Shown piece after piece: positions 62,397 through 64,000 of a DNA stretch of 64,000 nt (its first letter is position 1; each line of letters opens with the position of its first letter). The stretch lies in IMG/VR virus record IMGVR_UViG_3300025401_000012; one strand, written 5' to 3'. The DNA comes from a virus. Taxonomy: Duplodnaviria > Caudoviricetes. The notes beneath the pieces were generated by a model. The model ran no database searches. It saw only the letters and a program-made list of their open reading frames with translations, and was not told the origin of the DNA. A program made the translations under genes and the position numbers.

Positions 62397-62438
62397 GTAT
62401 ACTACGGCTACCAATTATCTACGCATTTTATGATTGTT

Positions 62439-63221
62439 TTAAATGCCTCTTACCCATGTTATATGGTCGTCCCACCCAATTTCTTTATAAACTTTTCTAC
62501 AATCTGTTAAAAATTTAATATTATTCAATAAATCTTGAGCTTTTTGCACCCATTGTTCATCCACCGTTTTCTGTAATTTTGGGAGTACAAACGCTTTTAA
62601 ATAATCTAAATGTGCCGCAGGAGTTGGGTGTTCATCGTAGAATTTATTATGTGTAACTTCGTCTATTAAATAGGGTTTATTATAACCTAGGGTTGAAGTA
62701 AATTCACCCATGGGTGGCAGCATATCTTGAAATATAGGCATATACATCGATAGCTCACTATCTAATCTAGCGGCTTCAGATAAATCATTAAATGAAGTCA
62801 TAAGCCAAGTAGATGGCAACGATTCTAATAAAGTTCTGCCTAATTTAATAAAATTGTAAGAATGATAAATGTAACTAAATTCCTTCCAATTTTCATCTAT
62901 CCATTGTCTAGTATATCCAGGATGCTGAAAAATATTTCCATGAGAGTTCCATCCATCTCCAGTATGTGGTCTATGTAATCTCATAGGCATTCTATGATGA
63001 ACGTCATGCCTATGAATTTCACTCCATTGAACAATGATAGTGTCATCTTTAGTAATGTTATTGCTCATTACCAATTCTGTTAAGCGTTCAAGAATTGCTC
63101 TGTTGCCAAACCCAGGTTGCGCCCAATTTTCAAAATGATCATATTCTCGGCCCAATATATCGGCCCAAGTGGGCCAATAATATTGTGTAAAGCTACATCC
63201 TACAACAAACAACCGTTTCAT
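62439..63221 (-). CDS. SGNH/GDSL hydrolase-like protein
   Basis: VVGCSFT (block I), PGFGN, VQWS, DEHP (DxxH-like block V). Confidence 0.6.
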   Translation of the reverse strand: MKRLFVVGCSFTQYYWPTWADILGREYDHFENWAQPGFGNRAILERLTELVMSNNITKDDTIIVQWSEIHRHDVHHRMPMRLHRPHTGDGWNSHGNIFQHPGYTRQWIDENWKEFSYIYHSYNFIKLGRTLLESLPSTWLMTSFNDLSEAARLDSELSMYMPIFQDMLPPMGEFTSTLGYNKPYLIDEVTHNKFYDEHPTPAAHLDYLKAFVLPKLQKTVDEQWVQKAQDLLNNIKFLTDCRKVYKEIGWDDHITWVRGI

Positions 63222-63805
63222 CGTTTTGTTATGATCTCGTCAATCAGGCCAAAATCTAATGCTTCTTGAGCACTCATAAAGTTGTCACGTTCCATGGCAT
63301 TGTAGAACTCATCAAATGTCTTACCCTTACTATTATGATTAACATAAATTTGGGTAAGATTTTGCTTCATCTTTAAAATTTCTTTTACTTGGATTTCCAT
63401 ATCTGTAGCTTGTCCACCCGCACCGCCGCTTGGCTGATGAATCATGTGGCGAGCGTTAGGTAGCATTTTGCGTTTGCCAGGAGAGCCAGCAGTGGCGAGT
63501 AAACTACCCATTGAGCAAGCCTGTCCCATAACGATGGTGGAGACGTCTGGCTTGATGAACTGCATAGTATCGTAAATTGCCATGCCAGCGGTAACAACAC
63601 CGCCAGGGCTATTAATGAAAAAATGAATATCTTCATTTCCTTGACTTTCTAAAAATAACAGTTGAGCTACTAATAAACTTGCTGAATGTTCATTTACATC
63701 TGTGTCTAACATGACAATACGGTCCTTTAACAAGCGACTGTAAATGTCATAACTACGTTCACCTCGAGCTTCTTGCTCGATTACCATTGGCACTAAATTA
63801 GGCAT
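63218..63805 (-). CDS. clpP: ATP-dependent Clp protease proteolytic subunit
   Basis: [23 protein letters not shown] (Ser), MIHQPSGG (His), ERD (Asp). Confidence 0.96.
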   Translation of the reverse strand: MPNLVPMVIEQEARGERSYDIYSRLLKDRIVMLDTDVNEHSASLLVAQLLFLESQGNEDIHFFINSPGGVVTAGMAIYDTMQFIKPDVSTIVMGQACSMGSLLATAGSPGKRKMLPNARHMIHQPSGGAGGQATDMEIQVKEILKMKQNLTQIYVNHNSKGKTFDEFYNAMERDNFMSAQEALDFGLIDEIITKR

Positions 63806-64000
63806 CTTTTTCCTTTGTAATAAATGGTTTCAATTCGGGAGGCGTCCATCCAATTGGTTTTAGTACTTTGCCATCTTCACGTTTACGAACTTTGCCTGTT
63901 TCTTTATCAATTTTAGCAAAGTTGGTTTTCATAACTTCTTTCCAAGCGCCTTCGATATCACATCCCATGCTATGAGCGGCGCCGATAGTAACAACCAAAA
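63798..64000 (-). CDS. Partial (runs off right edge) MazG-like/HAD-associated NTP pyrophosphohydrolase
   Basis: C-terminal [12 protein letters not shown]...[13 protein letters not shown] motif. Confidence 0.75.
   Translation of the reverse strand, partial: LVVTIGAAHSMGCDIEGAWKEVMKTNFAKIDKETGKVRKREDGKVLKPIGWTPPELKPFITKEKDA

Noticed and set aside
2257-63636. The many short (60-140 aa) ORFs in the track that lie antisense to or out of frame within long genes
   Set aside because: They are fully nested in well-supported CDSs, lack RBS or motifs, and show composition typical of shadow frames.
1-64000. Stop-codon reassignment, as in some jumbo phages
   Set aside because: Genes with recognisable families are full length in the standard code. 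TAG (8602, 56526) and TGA (47994, 46609) end genes exactly where the next gene starts.
1-64000. CRISPR array, tRNA, rRNA, IS/transposase, integrase, intron or intein
   Set aside because: No repeat-spacer array, cloverleaf or characteristic motifs were recognised by eye; the tandem repeats found are coding. A tRNAscan-SE or Infernal run would be needed for certainty.

Overview
This window is best read as part of a large (jumbo-type) tailed bacteriophage genome with T4-like late transcription and probably a Gram-negative host (it has an endolysin, a spanin pair and a holin). Almost all genes are on the minus strand. From left to right: (1) 1-8.5 kb, late low-complexity proteins with capsid-targeting-like N-termini and repeated xxE-(A/S/G) sites, two of which carry nucleotidyltransferase, ligase-like or HxGH domains; (2) a clpA-def-dnaJ operon; (3) a lysis cassette; (4) phoH, clamp loader, GroES-like co-chaperonin and a stand-alone DnaE fragment; (5) baseplate and fibre genes, including a 4761-aa giant fibre; (6) ErpA/IscA, SOD, UvsE and QueD, the last with a candidate preQ1-like leader RNA; (7) a tightly coupled operon of about 17 kb holding eight radical SAM enzymes with N-terminal Cys domains, two 2OG-Fe(II) oxygenases and DNA ligase; (8) an HExxH protein, an SGNH-like protein, clpP and a partial MazG-like gene. 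Two promoter classes are visible: 15 TAAATA late-type motifs and five TTGAC(A/T)-N16/17-TATAAT promoters. At two promoters a hairpin would hide the RBS or start codon only on read-through transcripts. No tRNA, rRNA, CRISPR array or mobile element was recognised. All functional calls come from motif recognition by eye; no database searches were run.
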